Shown here: positions 39,061 through 52,749 of the stretch, in pieces
Layout of the letters: every line of letters begins with the position of its first letter
Numbering within the stretch: position 1 is the stretch's first letter
Assembly (NCBI GenBank): GCA_951406725.2
Contig: OX597815.1
Coordinates: forward strand, 13,826,001-13,890,000
DNA: 64,000 bases
Direction: 5' to 3'
Source: Octopus vulgaris
Lineage: Eukaryota
The notes under the pieces: generated by a model
What the model saw: only the letters and a program-made list of their open reading frames with translations
Database searches by the model: none
What the model was told of the DNA's origin: nothing
Translations under genes and position numbers: made by a program

Positions 39061-39735
39061 AAATAAACAAACATACAACAGATATCATCACACAAATAAA
39101 CAGACAAAGGAGACTAGGGTGCCAATGAGACAAAATCGATGACGTCGCTAAAAATCCAACCATCGTTAGTCGGTATAGTACAAAAAATAAAATACATATT
39201 TTAAATTCAGCATATGTTTCAGATTTTGTTTTCAAATATATCCCAGTAGTGTTGTAGACATACCTCCTTTCTTTTATCTCTATTCTACCCTAGCAATATT
39301 CCCCTTGCCTAACATCGCATTATTAATGCAGAGTTACACGTCTCATACACGTACCCCTAACACAAAAAGGAAGTAAAACAAATCAGTAATGCTCTCGAAA
39401 TATACATGCACTTTCATAATTTCTAAAATTTTATTTTTGTTCCTCCTTAGCGAGAATTTGTATTTGTATAAGTTAATATAGTGGATATTTATTTTATAAT
39501 ATCCATCGTTTTAAGCTAACTTCAAACGCTTCTCAACTTTATACATAATATTCAAGCAGCAACAAAACAAAAGGGTCTGCATTTAGTACTGCTATGGGTA
39601 AATGAAGCTTAGTTTCCACTACAGTAACCGACTTAAAAGTCTAATCTATTTTGAAGCACCATGTTTAAATGCCTTGGGATAAGGTTTCTGCATGGATTTC
39701 ACCCAATACGCACATGCATTAAAGCTAGTGAATCT

Positions 39736-39737
<2 letters not shown>

Positions 39738-39793
<56 letters not shown>

Positions 39794-39817
39794 TCTCTCT
39801 CTCTCTCTATCTATCTA

Positions 39818-39865
<48 letters not shown>

Positions 39866-40001
39866 GATATATATATGTGTATATATATATATATGTATAC
39901 ATACATATATATATGTGCAAATATATATATATATATATATGCATGTATATATCTATGGGCATGTATACATACATACATTCATTCAAACATATGTATATAT
40001 G

Positions 40002-40038
<37 letters not shown>

Positions 40039-40300
40039 GTGTGCCTTCGCGTGTTAGTGTGTATGTGTATGTATTTAGATGCGTAGTTGTGCACATATTG
40101 GGATCCATCCATATACACATATACATATAACTATATATATATACATACATACATACTTACCCGTATATAATATATATGAATGTATGTGTGTATGTATGTA
40201 TGTATGTATGCGTGAATGTATGTGCACGTGTCTATGTTTCTGTGTGTGGATGAATGTTGTTATAGATATATATGTGTGTGTCTGCGTTTGTGCAAGTGTA
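39738..40300. repeat. Compound (TA)/(TC)/(TATG) microsatellite tract
   Basis: Direct inspection. Confidence 0.9.
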
Positions 40301-40680
40301 TCTGCGTGATTACACGTTTGGAAATGCAGATAAAAAGGAAAAGGGCGCATGAGAAAAATTAAAAGCAGGAAAATCTGAGGACGGAAAAGAAAAGAAGATG
40401 AAAATCATGATTTAAACGATTACAGTCTAAACAAAATCAGAAAATATGAAATACTGGACAATATAATATTTGCTTTTTTGTGTTGTTTTGATTTTATTCA
40501 CTTGCTGCAGCGAAACTGTGAGAGAGCATTCATATATTTATTGGCGTTGCATGTTTGACATTTTGCAGCCATAACGCTCTATTAACAGATCTCCTATATC
40601 TACAATGATGTGGGTTCGATTATGGGGTATTTCGTTGCTGGATTTCGAAATTGGAGAGACTGAATATTGGCTTGTTCCTT

Positions 40681-40951
40681 AGTTAGTTAGTTAGCTAGTT
40701 AGTTACTTTTTGGCTCAAAAAGCAAAAAGCAAGGCCATGTAGGGGGACATGGAGTTATGTACAGGGTGGTGTTCATGTAAAGGGTTCAGGCCACTTGAGG
40801 TCAAGGGAGACTTTGGACAAAGCGGTCGTCGGCATCTTCACCATTTCGTCTGGTAGCTTGTTCCACGGATCAGCAACCCGGACGGAGAAACCCCCTCTCC
40901 TTCGATTGAGATGAAATCGTCGCAGATAGAGCTTTTGGGAATGACCCCGCA
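40681..40951 (-). mobile_element. 5'-truncated CR1-type LINE 3' end, copy 1
   Basis: RGHSQKLYLRRFHLNRRRGGFSVRVADPWNKLPDEMVK...LD, followed by a (TAAC)n tail. Confidence 0.9.
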
Positions 40952-41893
40952 TTAGTGTGGATAAACAGGAATGCACTTATTGTGTACTATATATTTGACA
41001 GTCAAAATGGCGAAGTAAATATCCAGAAGTGGAGAAGTGAAACACAAAACTATGCGACATCTGCATTTCGATGTTTAAAAACGCCATGCCATGTTTTACA
41101 GATGGGAATGTCGTTATATGTTAAAACCAAGAGTCTGAGAAAATTAATGAGAGTCTCCACCGATTGATCCTGTACTTTGCATATTGGCAACAAATTCTTT
41201 CGTAATAAAGAGTAGGAAAGGCGGACGTTTGGAGGCATAATCTTAAAGTGTATTATTTATGCATAAACACACATGAGAAATGAAGGTGAAGAGGAAGGGC
41301 GACTAAACTTTAACATACACAAAGTGGTTATCTGTCCGAACATGTTGCTGAGACGCAATTATATATGTCTTACCATACAACTAGGTAAGCTTTCAAATAC
41401 GTAGGTGCATTGGTACTTATACCTACTTAAATATGTGTACACACGCATAGACATCAATACAAGATCGCAAAATACAGAAAGTATAAGATAGGGATGTAGG
41501 GAAGAAGAAAGATGAGAGAGAAAAAAAGGCTATTATGGATTTGCTAGAGAAAAAGGAAAAGAAGATAGAAAGGACAAGTTAATGACATGATCATTTTTTC
41601 TAAAGAAGCAGTATGTCGCAATAGTTTGTTTTAAAACTGTTTCTGTACTTATTTGTGTCTGCTCTCGATATTTCTAGATCATTTGCTCCGCATACAAATA
41701 CAGTGACAGTTCTAATTTTCATTATTCTTGTAGATGTATTGTGTGAGCTTCATGTTATATACATTTTCCTTGAGCTTGTATATATTTCTGAGTATGTCTG
41801 AATATTTGAATTTGGATTCAGTTTGCTATGTTCGCTGCCGAATGGAATTTACTATGATTGGGTAGAACATTCTGTTTTTTGGAGATGAATTCA

Positions 41894-42174
41894 AGTTAGT
41901 TAGTTAGTTAGTTAGTTAATTTGGCTCAAAAGCAAATAGCAAGGCCATGTAGGGGGGACGTGGAGTTAAGTACAGGGTGGTGTTCATGTAAAGAGTTCAG
42001 GCCACTTGAAATCAAGGGAGGCTTTGAACAAAGCGGTCGTCGGCATCTTCACCATCTCGTCTGGCAGCTTGTTCCACGGATCCGCAACCCGGACGGAGAA
42101 AGCTCCTCTCCTTCGATTGAGATGAAATCGTCGCAGGTAGAGCTTTTCGGAATGACCCCGCAGCCGACGCTCTG
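41894..42174 (-). mobile_element. 5'-truncated CR1-type LINE 3' end, copy 2
   Basis: Highly similar to 40681-40951, with a (TAAC)n tail. Confidence 0.9.
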
Positions 42175-42796
42175 TAAATGTAAGTTGTAAATGAGATTTA
42201 TTTTTGTTAATATGTATTTAGGTATATAGACTGAATACTCGTGGTAACTTTGCTAACTTTAATGCTGTTTTCATTCACGCTAAAATCTTCTGGAGAAATT
42301 GAGAAAAGTGACGTGAAGATGAAACTATGACTATGAGATATAACGACATAGTTTTACACAAGACTGCTCTCCACTATAGAAACTTAATTTTTAGCTTGCA
42401 TTGCCAAAACTCAACATGAGGTCTACTGATCCCAAAACGAATAGAGTGTTACATTCATGAGTTTCTTCTCAGTTTCCTTTAGTCTATCAAATTTTATTTA
42501 ATTCTTCAGTCGAGCCGACAGCATATTTTCAAGTTTACACGTTGTATTTATCAAGCGACACTATAGAGATGAACTGAGCTAGAGTTGCCTGAATCGATAT
42601 AAAACTGTATAAACAAAAAGTTATTTATACTTACATATATTTGATTCAGGCTATTGGAAATTCACTCTTAATATCTGTCATATATTTGTCTTCAGTGTAT
42701 TCAAATCAAATCCGAATCCGTTTTTGAAGCACGTCGGAATATATGCCTGTAACAAATCTGAATCGTATCGCAAGAATATGAAGTAAAATAAAGGAA

Positions 42797-43007
42797 TACT
42801 CTTTTACTCTTTTACTTGTTTCAGTCATTTGACTGCGGCCATGCTGGAGCACCGCCTTTAGTCGAGCAAATCGACCCCGGGACTTATTCTTTGTAAGCCC
42901 AGTACTTATTCTATCGGTGTCTTTTGCCGAACCACTATGTGACGGGGACGTAAACAGACCAGCATCGGTTGTCAGGCAATGCTAGGGGGACAAACACAGA
43001 CACACAA

Positions 43008-43052
<45 letters not shown>

Positions 43053-43204
43053 CGACAGGCTTCTTTCAGTTTCCGTCTACCAAATCCACTCACCAGGCAT
43101 TGGTCGGCCCGGGGCTATAGCAGAAGATACTTGCCCAAGATGCCACGCAGTGGGACTGAACCTGGAACCATATGGTTGGTTAGCAAGCTACTTACCACAC
43201 AGCC
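42797..43204 (-). mobile_element. SINE family A, nearly full length
   Basis: Highly similar to 7399-7800; lacks about the first 11-12 nt. Confidence 0.9.
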
Positions 43205-44375
43205 GAAAAACATTTATCATAGGCTCCTCAAGCAGGGCTAATCTTGGACTAAAGACAAGAGAACAGATTTATGAGATGACAATGTTTATATATAAACAGT
43301 GAAGAAAACACTTTGTATTGAAACGGAGTTTATCCTTCTTTTTACTACATTGCATGTATCATTTTATTTTCATTAATTGTGAAAGATGATGACACCTTTT
43401 ATCAGGAGTTTACTCAAAGGAAAAGGGCAGCCCCTACATATATTTTACCAGAGCTTCTGAGGCCGGTGTCGAAATGCAAAGAATAAATCAGTAGTGAAAC
43501 CTTATCTTCAAAGCAGAGATCTAGTTCGAATCCATGCAACAAAGTGAATTCTATTAAAGGAACCCACTTCTAGATATTTATCTTAAATCAAGTCATGGAT
43601 TAAGTCTACCGCGGAAGAAGAGCCTCAATATACTCGGCACTATGTTACAGACATTATTTAATAGATACAAAACCATGTTCCAGTTGCTACATATTGATAC
43701 CGAACTACGTATCCCGTGATTGCGAATGGAACTTCTTGAATATTCGAACATGCATATGGCGCACTATATTACGAAAATATTTGCTCAGAACGAGCTGTAA
43801 AAGTATTTGAACTGTTTAACAAACCGTCTAACAAGGAAAGTGTAATTTCTCACGACGTCACTAACATTGACTTTATTTTCATTTCATTTTGCTGCTTGTA
43901 ACTGTGTACAAATGACCTGTATTTATTAAAACGTGTGGACATCTTTGTTTGCGACCATTTTATTTAGTTCTCAATAAAACCTATGGCAAATCTGAGACGC
44001 AATAACGTTAATCAGAACTAGTAAACGAACCAAACATTCGGCTTAGGTTAGGTTCACCTCCAACAATCTCCGACTTTCTTATTAGGAACCTATTTATATG
44101 ACATTAAATTCGTAAAAAACAAAAGAAAAAAAAATAACATATTTTTCTTCTTAAAAATATAGGAATCTATTTCCAAGTTATAGTTTATTTTTATTGCCTG
44201 AAATTCTTTAAACAAAAAAATTATATATTTTATATATCAATATATCCAATATATGTAATCTAAACAGGAATACGTAAATTCTATATTAAAACCACAGTAT
44301 CACAATAACTGAATAAATAGAGTTATTACTATTACTACGCTACAACGACTATAGAAAATAAAAAATTGTAAAAAT

Positions 44376-44610
44376 CAACAACAACAACAACAACAATAAT
44401 TATAATAATAATAATAATAGTAATAATAATAGTAATAATAATAATAATGGTAATAATAATAATAATAGTAATAATAATAATAACAATAATGATAATAATA
44501 ATAGCAGCAATAAGTAAGTAATGATAATGAAAATTTAACAATGATGTTGTTGTTTTTATTATTATTGTTGTTGTTATTGTTGTTGTTATGAGAAATAGCA
44601 ACAGCAACAA
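44376..44610. repeat. (CAA)/(AAT)n trinucleotide tract followed by (TTG/TTA)n
   Basis: Direct inspection. Confidence 0.9.
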
Positions 44611-45004
44611 AAAAATATAGCTGGTGAAAAAAGTAATGATATTAATAATAAAATTCTATGATGTCAACAAATTTTCTCTCTCGTATAGAAATAGAATTAC
44701 AAAACAATGACTATGTCTTCTGCATAGATTGTTTATTTGTCTGTTTATGGGAAATGTGTATGATTAATATTTATTTTACGCTATGTTTATTGTCTAAGAC
44801 ACACACGGCAAAAATAACGAACAAAGGCAATTTATGAATAAGAGAAATACCTGTAGCGATAAGAACAGCGGTGACCTGGACAGAGACCAACAGCAATATC
44901 AAGCATAAAGGAACTGTCTTAGCAATGATATCATTAGGAAAAGAACTAATATTAATGATATCAATGCTAAGAAAGAACTGTGACAGCAATAATATTACTA
45001 AGTG

Positions 45005-45245
45005 TAAATCACTTACAAGATTTAAGATAAAACTGGATCTCTTCTTGTCAGGTGTCCCAGATGAACCAACTTCACGACAGGAGGTGCAGATGAGGGCAGC
45101 TGCATCGAACTCTCTCATGCACCAAGTGGCAATTGCTAAAAAGCATTCGTGAATTAAAATCATGTAGCAACACCAAATGGCGGTGCCCCAGCATGGCCAC
45201 AGCTTGTGAGTTGAAACTAGATGAAAAATAATAAAAAAAAAAAAA
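45005..45245 (+). mobile_element. CR1-like LINE 3' end
   Basis: FKIKLDLFLSGVPDEPTSRQEVQMRAAASNSLMHQV*, then ggcggtgccccagcatggccacag...tgaaactag and an A-tail. Confidence 0.85.
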
Positions 45246-45492
45246 ATTAGAATCAACAATAGCTCGAACTTCAAATTTAAGGCCAAAAGTACATCGAAAA
45301 TAGAATCTAACCTATGGCAATACAAATTCGGACAACATGAAGAACAACATGGGAGATCAATAACGTCGCCGAGAACAACTGTAAGTCAAGCCATACAACC
45401 ACCACATTTACGGAAACAAAAAACAACACTAGGTACAAATACAATGACAACAATAAAACGACAGCAAAAAAACTACATCAAATATATAACTG

Positions 45493-45496
<4 letters not shown>

Positions 45497-45538
<42 letters not shown>

Positions 45539-45570
45539 CAATCTGAAACAAGTAAAAGAGTAAAAGAGTA
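45497..45570 (+). repeat. (TAC)n followed by an isolated SINE A/LINE tail remnant
   Basis: ctgaaacaagtaaaagagtaaaagagta at about 45543-45570. Confidence 0.75.
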
Positions 45571-45839
45571 TCAGCACTTTCACAACAGCTGAAAAACGAA
45601 GAAACAATAGTACATGAACAAGAACAGAATCGACACTATCACCAACAATAAGAATACCATAAACAGTAGCAACAACTAGGACAACTATAACACGTATAGG
45701 TGTTGTCCATAATTGATTTTGAATACTTATCGCAAAGTACCATGCATTCGTTAATGGTTTTAATGTGTCTATCTTTGTACTCCCCAGTAAGGCAGATACA
45801 CGTCCGAAATTGACAGCGTTTACTTCATTGAACACCCAA

Positions 45840-46030
45840 GTTATTAGAGGTGGTGTGGGAGAAACGTGGGATGCTACCTGTAGTGGGCTAGTATTTATTT
45901 ATTAACCTCTACAGAATTAAAGGCTTAGAATACCTCGGTCGGATTTGAAATCAGTACACAGAGATACGGAATAAATACAGCAAAGCATTATATCGAAGGC
46001 ACTTGAGATTCTGCCAATCCACCATCTTCA
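45840..46030 (-). mobile_element. Highly diverged SINE family B copy
   Basis: cctcggtcggatttgaaatcag...gattctgccaatccaccatc matches the reverse complement of the family B head. Confidence 0.55.
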
Positions 46031-47339
46031 ACACCGCAATCAACTCCATTAGCAATACCCTCACCATAAACGACAACAACAATAAAACCAACAAAAAGAA
46101 AGGGTCTGCTATGTATTTGATCGACCTATAAGAAAAAGCAGCCACATCGTAGAACTCCACTTCTTTTAAGGACAATGGTGCAACCCTCAATAAAATCACT
46201 GCTACATATAATGTTAGATAGTTACGGTAGGAACGCTTTTCACCATAGTTCTACACGGTTCTGAATGACTTATGGAAACGGAAAAGCAATATTCATCAAC
46301 TCAATGATGCACTCAGTCTGCAACATCGTTCTTTACAATGAGCTTCGAAAGGGATACACTAAGCAATCGAAGAACAATGTAGAAATAATAGCCAAATGCC
46401 CATCAAATCACACAGCAAGTTGGTTTCTTTGTTTTGCTTTCGAAAATAGCAGTTATTCATTATTGTAATCCCAGAGGCACTTTTTGAGAAGAAACAGCAA
46501 AGAGGCCAGGTCATCCGATCGACAATATATAAAAGAAACTAATGAGAGATGCTTTACGCTGACGGTAGATAAGTCAAACTACGTAGCCTAAATTAAACGA
46601 CATCCAAATGTGTTTTCTCTTTTTATAGACTCATTAGCGAGCATAGTTCTAAAAATACAAAAGAATTGCATGGTCTTATTTCAAATACGTTTCTTCTCAT
46701 GTGACTGTTTGAATACGGTATTATTAACCGTATTTAGAAACGAACCATCTTGTGATTTAAAAACACTACTTGCCTCTTAGCTGCATTTAGCAGAACAATG
46801 CTATTGCAACCAATGTGGATCAATTTGTCAGTTCTCCACCCCACCTGCAAGTCTCGGAGACCATTTGAAGGATCACAAGTACTACTGCTTCCTTTTAACT
46901 AAATGACAAATATATATAGCAACACGTGTATTACATAACAATTAAACACATAAATAATAAGAAAATCTCCATAGACAGAAGCATAAATAGCAAGGGTGAT
47001 GACAGTAGCAGATAAAAATATACACGACAGAAAGAGAGCGAAGAGAAAACGCAATAATAATTGTTAATTGTAAAAATGCGGAAGAAATCAATACTGGACA
47101 AATGTTGCCAAATACAACAACTAAAATAACAATTATAATGACATTTGATATGAGGAAAGTAATAACAATATTTACAATAACAAAATAACTACTGCAGTGA
47201 AACAAGCAAGTAAAACAACGATAAGAAAATAAAATGGCGGATGTAAATGTGTTGAGAGGTGGCGTGAGAGTGGGGGCGCAGATTATGAAATGCTTTGTCC
47301 TGGGAGAAGAGGGGGAGACGAACGAATGATTGAGAGAAT

Positions 47340-47341
<2 letters not shown>

Positions 47342-47385
<44 letters not shown>
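47342..47385. repeat. (GA)n microsatellite
   Basis: Direct inspection. Confidence 0.95.
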
Positions 47386-47388
<3 letters not shown>

Positions 47389-47569
47389 GAGAAAGAGAAT
47401 AGGTGGTAATGAGAAAAAATAGGGATATGTTTGTAAAGATAGAAAGAGAGTGACAGATTAGGGGAGGAAATGGTTGACAGTAAATACATAGAGAGGTAGA
47501 ATGTTTGATTGATAGGGAAAAGAAGCGGTAATGAGATGTATTATGAAGACGGCTAGATAAACAGGCGCT

Positions 47570-47577
47570 GTATATAC

Positions 47578-47620
<43 letters not shown>

Positions 47621-47624
47621 TGTG

Positions 47625-47679
<55 letters not shown>

Positions 47680-48445
47680 ATATATATATGTAGGCGCATA
47701 GAGAGAAGGGTAGATAATATATAGTTAAATACACAATAGATACGTAGTTATATATTTATTTAGTTGCATATAAATGTATATGCGTGTATATCTATGTGTA
47801 TGTATGCATTCATGTACATATATATATATGCATTTGCGCGTGTGCGTGTCTCTCTGTGGGCAGGCGTGCGTATGTGTATGTATATATCTACGTGTGTATG
47901 CATGTATGTATGTATGTATGTATGTATGTATGTATGTATGTATGTATGTATGTATGTATGTATGTATGCATGTATGTATGTAAGTATGTAGCTGTGTATG
48001 TATGTATGTAAAGCTACATACATCTACCTATTTATGAAAAGTGAGAGATATAGAGATACATATAGATCTAATATTAAGAGAAGTAGCTTCGCTGATATCT
48101 ATATCAATATCTAACCAATGAGAGAGAAAGAAATGAAGAAAAAGACTATGTTTACATCTAAATGTCAATCTTTTGTTTCCATATCCTATTAATGACATGT
48201 CTTTATATTATATTTGCGTTTTATGTTTTCAAGTATAACAATTGAATAATTCAAACAAAAAGAAAAAAAGAAAAACAAACGAATGGTGTAAAACAAAAGC
48301 TACTGCCCTCTACCGTCAAATATGACGAAGTTTTCCAACTGAATTGTAGCTTGAACAATAAAATATTTATAGAATAGTTACAATAATTGACGATAACAAT
48401 TACATATACATATTACAAACATGCACTCATACACAACCGAATATG

Positions 48446-48486
<41 letters not shown>

Positions 48487-48644
48487 GCTTGTATGCGTGT
48501 GCGCCTACCTGTCTGTCTGTGTCTACATGTATATAATCATATACAAATACATATATATATATACATATAAATATAAACATATATATATATATATCCATAT
48601 ACATATATATATATGCATACATATACACACACACAAACACAGAC

Positions 48645-48675
<31 letters not shown>

Positions 48676-48840
48676 CATATATATATATATATATGTATAC
48701 ATATACATATATATATATATGTATACATATACATATATATATATATACATATACATATATATACATATACATATATATATATATATATATATACATATAA
48801 TCATCTACTGAATTTTGTTGCTAGATTAAAGTTGTATAAG

Positions 48841-48938
<98 letters not shown>

Positions 48939-49628
48939 GTATATATACGTTTTCGACTGTGTGTGTGTGTGTGTATGTGTATGTGTGTGTGTGTGTGTAT
49001 GTATTCGCGCAACCGAACATTACTCGCGGCAGTGATAATATCTGTTTGTTTTCTTTTTATCACTCTTTCTGTTTGGTAAATAAAAAGCAAAATAGTGAAT
49101 CATAAATATGTAGACAAGCACAGACTTATACACAGAGTGAGAGAAACACAGATATTACAATCAAAAACAAACAAAAAGAAAACAGAGGCACAATTGCATA
49201 CGCGCCCACCAAGTCTCAAATACACGTATATAAGCACACACAAACATTTTCATGAAACCATGTACAATCATACATTGGGATATTAGAAATATTGTAATTT
49301 TGTCTATTGAAGCATGTAATCTCGAAAATATATCCTTTGTGAAAAATTGTCGACATTAACGTTGATGTGTATAGCAACAAATGCATCCACTCTCATTAAG
49401 GGTCAAAGGCAAATATATGAAACAAAGCGTTGTTATTTAATCAGATACGTCGTATATTAGTTATTTATGAAGAATATATATAGGTATATGTGTGTGCGTG
49501 TGAGTGTGTGTGTGCGTATGTGTGTATTTATGTAAACATTGCATTTGTCTGTAGGCATTACAAATATGCGCACTTCATGTACACACATGCAAAATTATGT
49601 ATTTATATATTATATATTATATTATATC

Positions 49629-49663
<35 letters not shown>

Positions 49664-49698
49664 TATATATATACACACACACACATATATATATATAT

Positions 49699-49748
<50 letters not shown>

Positions 49749-49790
49749 ATATCAACATTTGTGGGTGTTTATATACGCACACATATATTA
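47570..49790. repeat. Cluster of (TA), (TG), (TATG) and (CA) microsatellites
   Basis: Direct inspection; explains nearly all ORF-track entries here. Confidence 0.85.
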
Positions 49791-50062
49791 GTTTGAAAGA
49801 GAAACAGCGAAACGTGTATGGGTAGCGATGATATTTACAAAGTACAGCAAATAACCACAGTTGACGGCAGCAATGATGGGTACAACAATTTCTACATAAA
49901 AGAGTGCGTCACCTTGGGACCGTCTGCGAGTGGGTCACCAGCGCTGAAAGTTAACTATCTGGTGATGCTATTTCAAATCATACCTCTATGTGTTAAACGA
50001 TAATACCTACAAGAGATAACATTTTGTTAGTTACGTGATTTTTAAAACATATTATTGATATA

Positions 50063-50459
50063 CTAGCAGTATCGCCCGGCGTTGCTCGGGTTTGTAAGGG
50101 AAATAACTATAAAGCATTTTTAGAGAGTTATAGCCAGAAAATAGCAAACAAATGCATTAAAAATGGGAAAAAAATGATGGTAATTTTTTTTGAAATCGTT
50201 GACTCATCGTAGACATTTTTAGAGAGTTACTTCCCTTATTTAATAGCGAAACAAATGCATTAAAATGGAAAAAATGATGGTAAATTATTTTAAAAATCGT
50301 AGACTCATCGTAGACGCGCGCTAATACCGAGAAGGGCTCGATATGAATCACGACTATAAGATACCCGGTTTTGGTTAAACTGCACCGCAAAATGTGGGAG
50401 TAGTTAGAAAATATAAATCGTAGGAGACAGACATACAACCTTACTTTTATATATAAAGA
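50063..50459 (-). mobile_element. Complete non-autonomous Helitron (397 bp), copy 1
   Basis: A|TCTTTATATATAAAAG 5' end, 3' hairpin cccgagcaacgccggg, CTAG|T, no TSD. Homologous to 62711-63107. Confidence 0.9.
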
Positions 50460-50499
50460 TATGTCCCACCAACTCAGCATCATTTTATTGAAGTATGCC

Positions 50500-50640
50500 C
50501 GCTATATCTGATCTCTGCGAAATCACAGGTCACTGTCAACTCATATCGGCGTGATTTAAACTCACAAAGTGGAAAGTTGGAACGAACATTCAAATGTTTT
50601 AATCCAACGTTTTAACGACTCTGTCAACCCACCGCCTTCT
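50500..50640 (-). mobile_element. Diverged SINE family B head fragment
   Basis: gatttaaactcacaa...taacgactctgtcaacccaccgcct. Confidence 0.5.
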
Positions 50641-50722
50641 ATTGGTATAAAACATAAATTTGGACTTAACTTAAAATATGTTTCACCGAAAGATTGATCT
50701 AGGCAATGTCTAATCTAATAGC

Positions 50723-51108
50723 GTGGAGGCGCAATGGCCCAGTGGTTAGGGCAGCGGACTCGCGGTCATAGGATCGCGGTTTCGATTCCCAGACCGGGCG
50801 TTGTGAATGTTTATTGAGCGAAAACAGCTAAAGCTCCACGAGGCTCCGGCAGGGGATGGTGGTGATCCCTGCTGTACTCTTTCACCACAACTTTCTCTCA
50901 CTCTTACTTCCTGTTTCTGTTGTACCTGTATTTCAAAGGGCCGGCCTTGTCACTCTCTGTGTCATGCTGAATATCCCCGAGAACTACGTTAAGGGTGCAC
51001 GTGTCTGTGGAGTGCTCATCCACTTACACGTTAATTTCACGAGCAGGCTGTTCCGTTGATTCGGATCAACCGGAACCCTCATTGTCGTAACCGACGGAGT
51101 GCTTCCAA
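50723..51108 (+). mobile_element. Full-length tRNA-derived SINE family C, copy 1
   Basis: A box TGGCCCAGTGG, B box GTTTCGATTCC; perfect 11-bp TSD aatctaatagc (50712-50722 / 51109-51119). Confidence 0.92.
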
Positions 51109-51139
51109 AATCTAATAGCACCACCTGACAACATCTGTT

Positions 51140-52200
51140 ACGTCAGTTTTAAGTCAGTTTTTGTGATATCATTGTTTAGCTGGAATCCCTTGAAGAAATT
51201 AGTCCAGAGTACGTTTGCAGGTGATGGGATCTTTTAATTTTTATTTTATTTTGGGATAATGTTAAATAGAGCAAGGCCTCTTGAGGAACAGTAATTGTGT
51301 TGCAATGAATTTATGTGTTGTGAGCCTGAATTGTGTTGAGGGCGCATGCCCCTGGGACCCAGCGTTGGATGAATTTAAATCTGAAAATTATATTAAGGTC
51401 ATTTGAGCAATGCTTCTTGTATATCTCCACTGTGTGGAAATAATGTAGGACTCAATGCAGTGCTGGACACAATAAGTATTCAGTGTTTTAAACTAATCCC
51501 AATAATCAAGATCAATCATGCCTTTTATTCTTATAAAGTGATTGCTCTTGGAGTGTCTCGATTCTCTTCATGCTTGGCCAGTGTGGGAAGACGGACGGGA
51601 AGACATCTTACTCTCTGAATCAGAAAGTTCTGAAGATACAGATGCTCATCTTGCAAGCCATATTCATTTTATTTTTGAGGTGAGCATTCCAACCGAAATT
51701 GTTGTTAAGAATTACTTCTATGTTCCTGGTATTATTAGACGCTTGGTGTAGTTTCCTCGACGGAAGAGAATATGGTTGTTCGATTGCATTTTGTTTCTAA
51801 TTAACCACTTACATTTTTTCTCTGCCTAGTGGCTTACAGCATGTCGATCAGACTGGTGATCAGTTCGATATTTTCTCCGTTGATAAGTTTCTAAGCCTTG
51901 CAGTCATGTACGATTATCTTCATTTTACTGTGTTTGATGACGCTTGAATTATAATTGGTTGATTAGAAAGAGAGACAAGTCCAAAACTGTCCTCGGTGAT
52001 ATATCGCTGGTGGTCTTTGCTGGGATTGAGCAGATTCCACCTATCACAACAAGTAATCTGTTCACCAAGGAATCCTTAATCCAGTGCTGCAGTTTACCAC
52101 ATATCCTAATACATTGTACATCTATTGATACTTTGTTGATTGTATAAAAACATTTCTTTAAATATATCTTATAAAGTCATATCTTCTGACTTTCTAACTT
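51140..52200 (-). mobile_element. Degenerate CR1-like LINE (RT C-terminal half to 3' end)
   Basis: GICGKLQHWIKDSLVNR, PRTVL, LDYWD*FKTLN, HNYCSSRGLALFNIIPK, KDPITCKRTLD*FLQGIP. Confidence 0.75.
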
Positions 52201-52749
52201 GTTATATCAAGAAACCTTCATAAGAGACCAGAAAGCTAAAGGCTGAAAGTAGACCAAAGATGTAGCGATACAATTCGAGTGAATTATTCATAATAATAAT
52301 CATAATGGATTAACAATGTCTCGTGCCTGGGACTAAGAAGAGTATAAATCTGTTCCAAAATGTGACACAGTTACCTGTTTGACGAAATGGCAAATAAGAC
52401 TCACATAACTCCATATTTTAAATTATGCTCATGATCTCATCACGAGGAGCTTTAAGGTCGAATAAAAGTCAATCGATCCAATAGGCGAGGCTTCATATTA
52501 TTTAGAAGCGTGCACTGTAAAACAGTTCGACGGAAAGCTCCGAAACGGTGTGATTCTTTCCTGATGACACATGAAAGCTACTGACCGCCGGCATCCGGAG
52601 ATTTGCTATGAAAAGCATCTGCACGGGCAAATTGTTTCATGTCTGTGAAGGATGCTAACCGAATACATAGTAGATAGAAAAGTTAAAAGGAAAGCTAGTG
52701 CAAACACCATGTCACTCCTGTATTCATTCAATAAATCACCAACTTTAAT

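Noticed and set aside
50723-50800. tRNA gene
   Set aside because: The tRNA-like head continues into a SINE body with a TSD and a second copy elsewhere; no complete acceptor stem.
52555-52585. Hammerhead-like CTGATGA-cacat-GAAA
   Set aside because: No pairing stem II and no repeat context.
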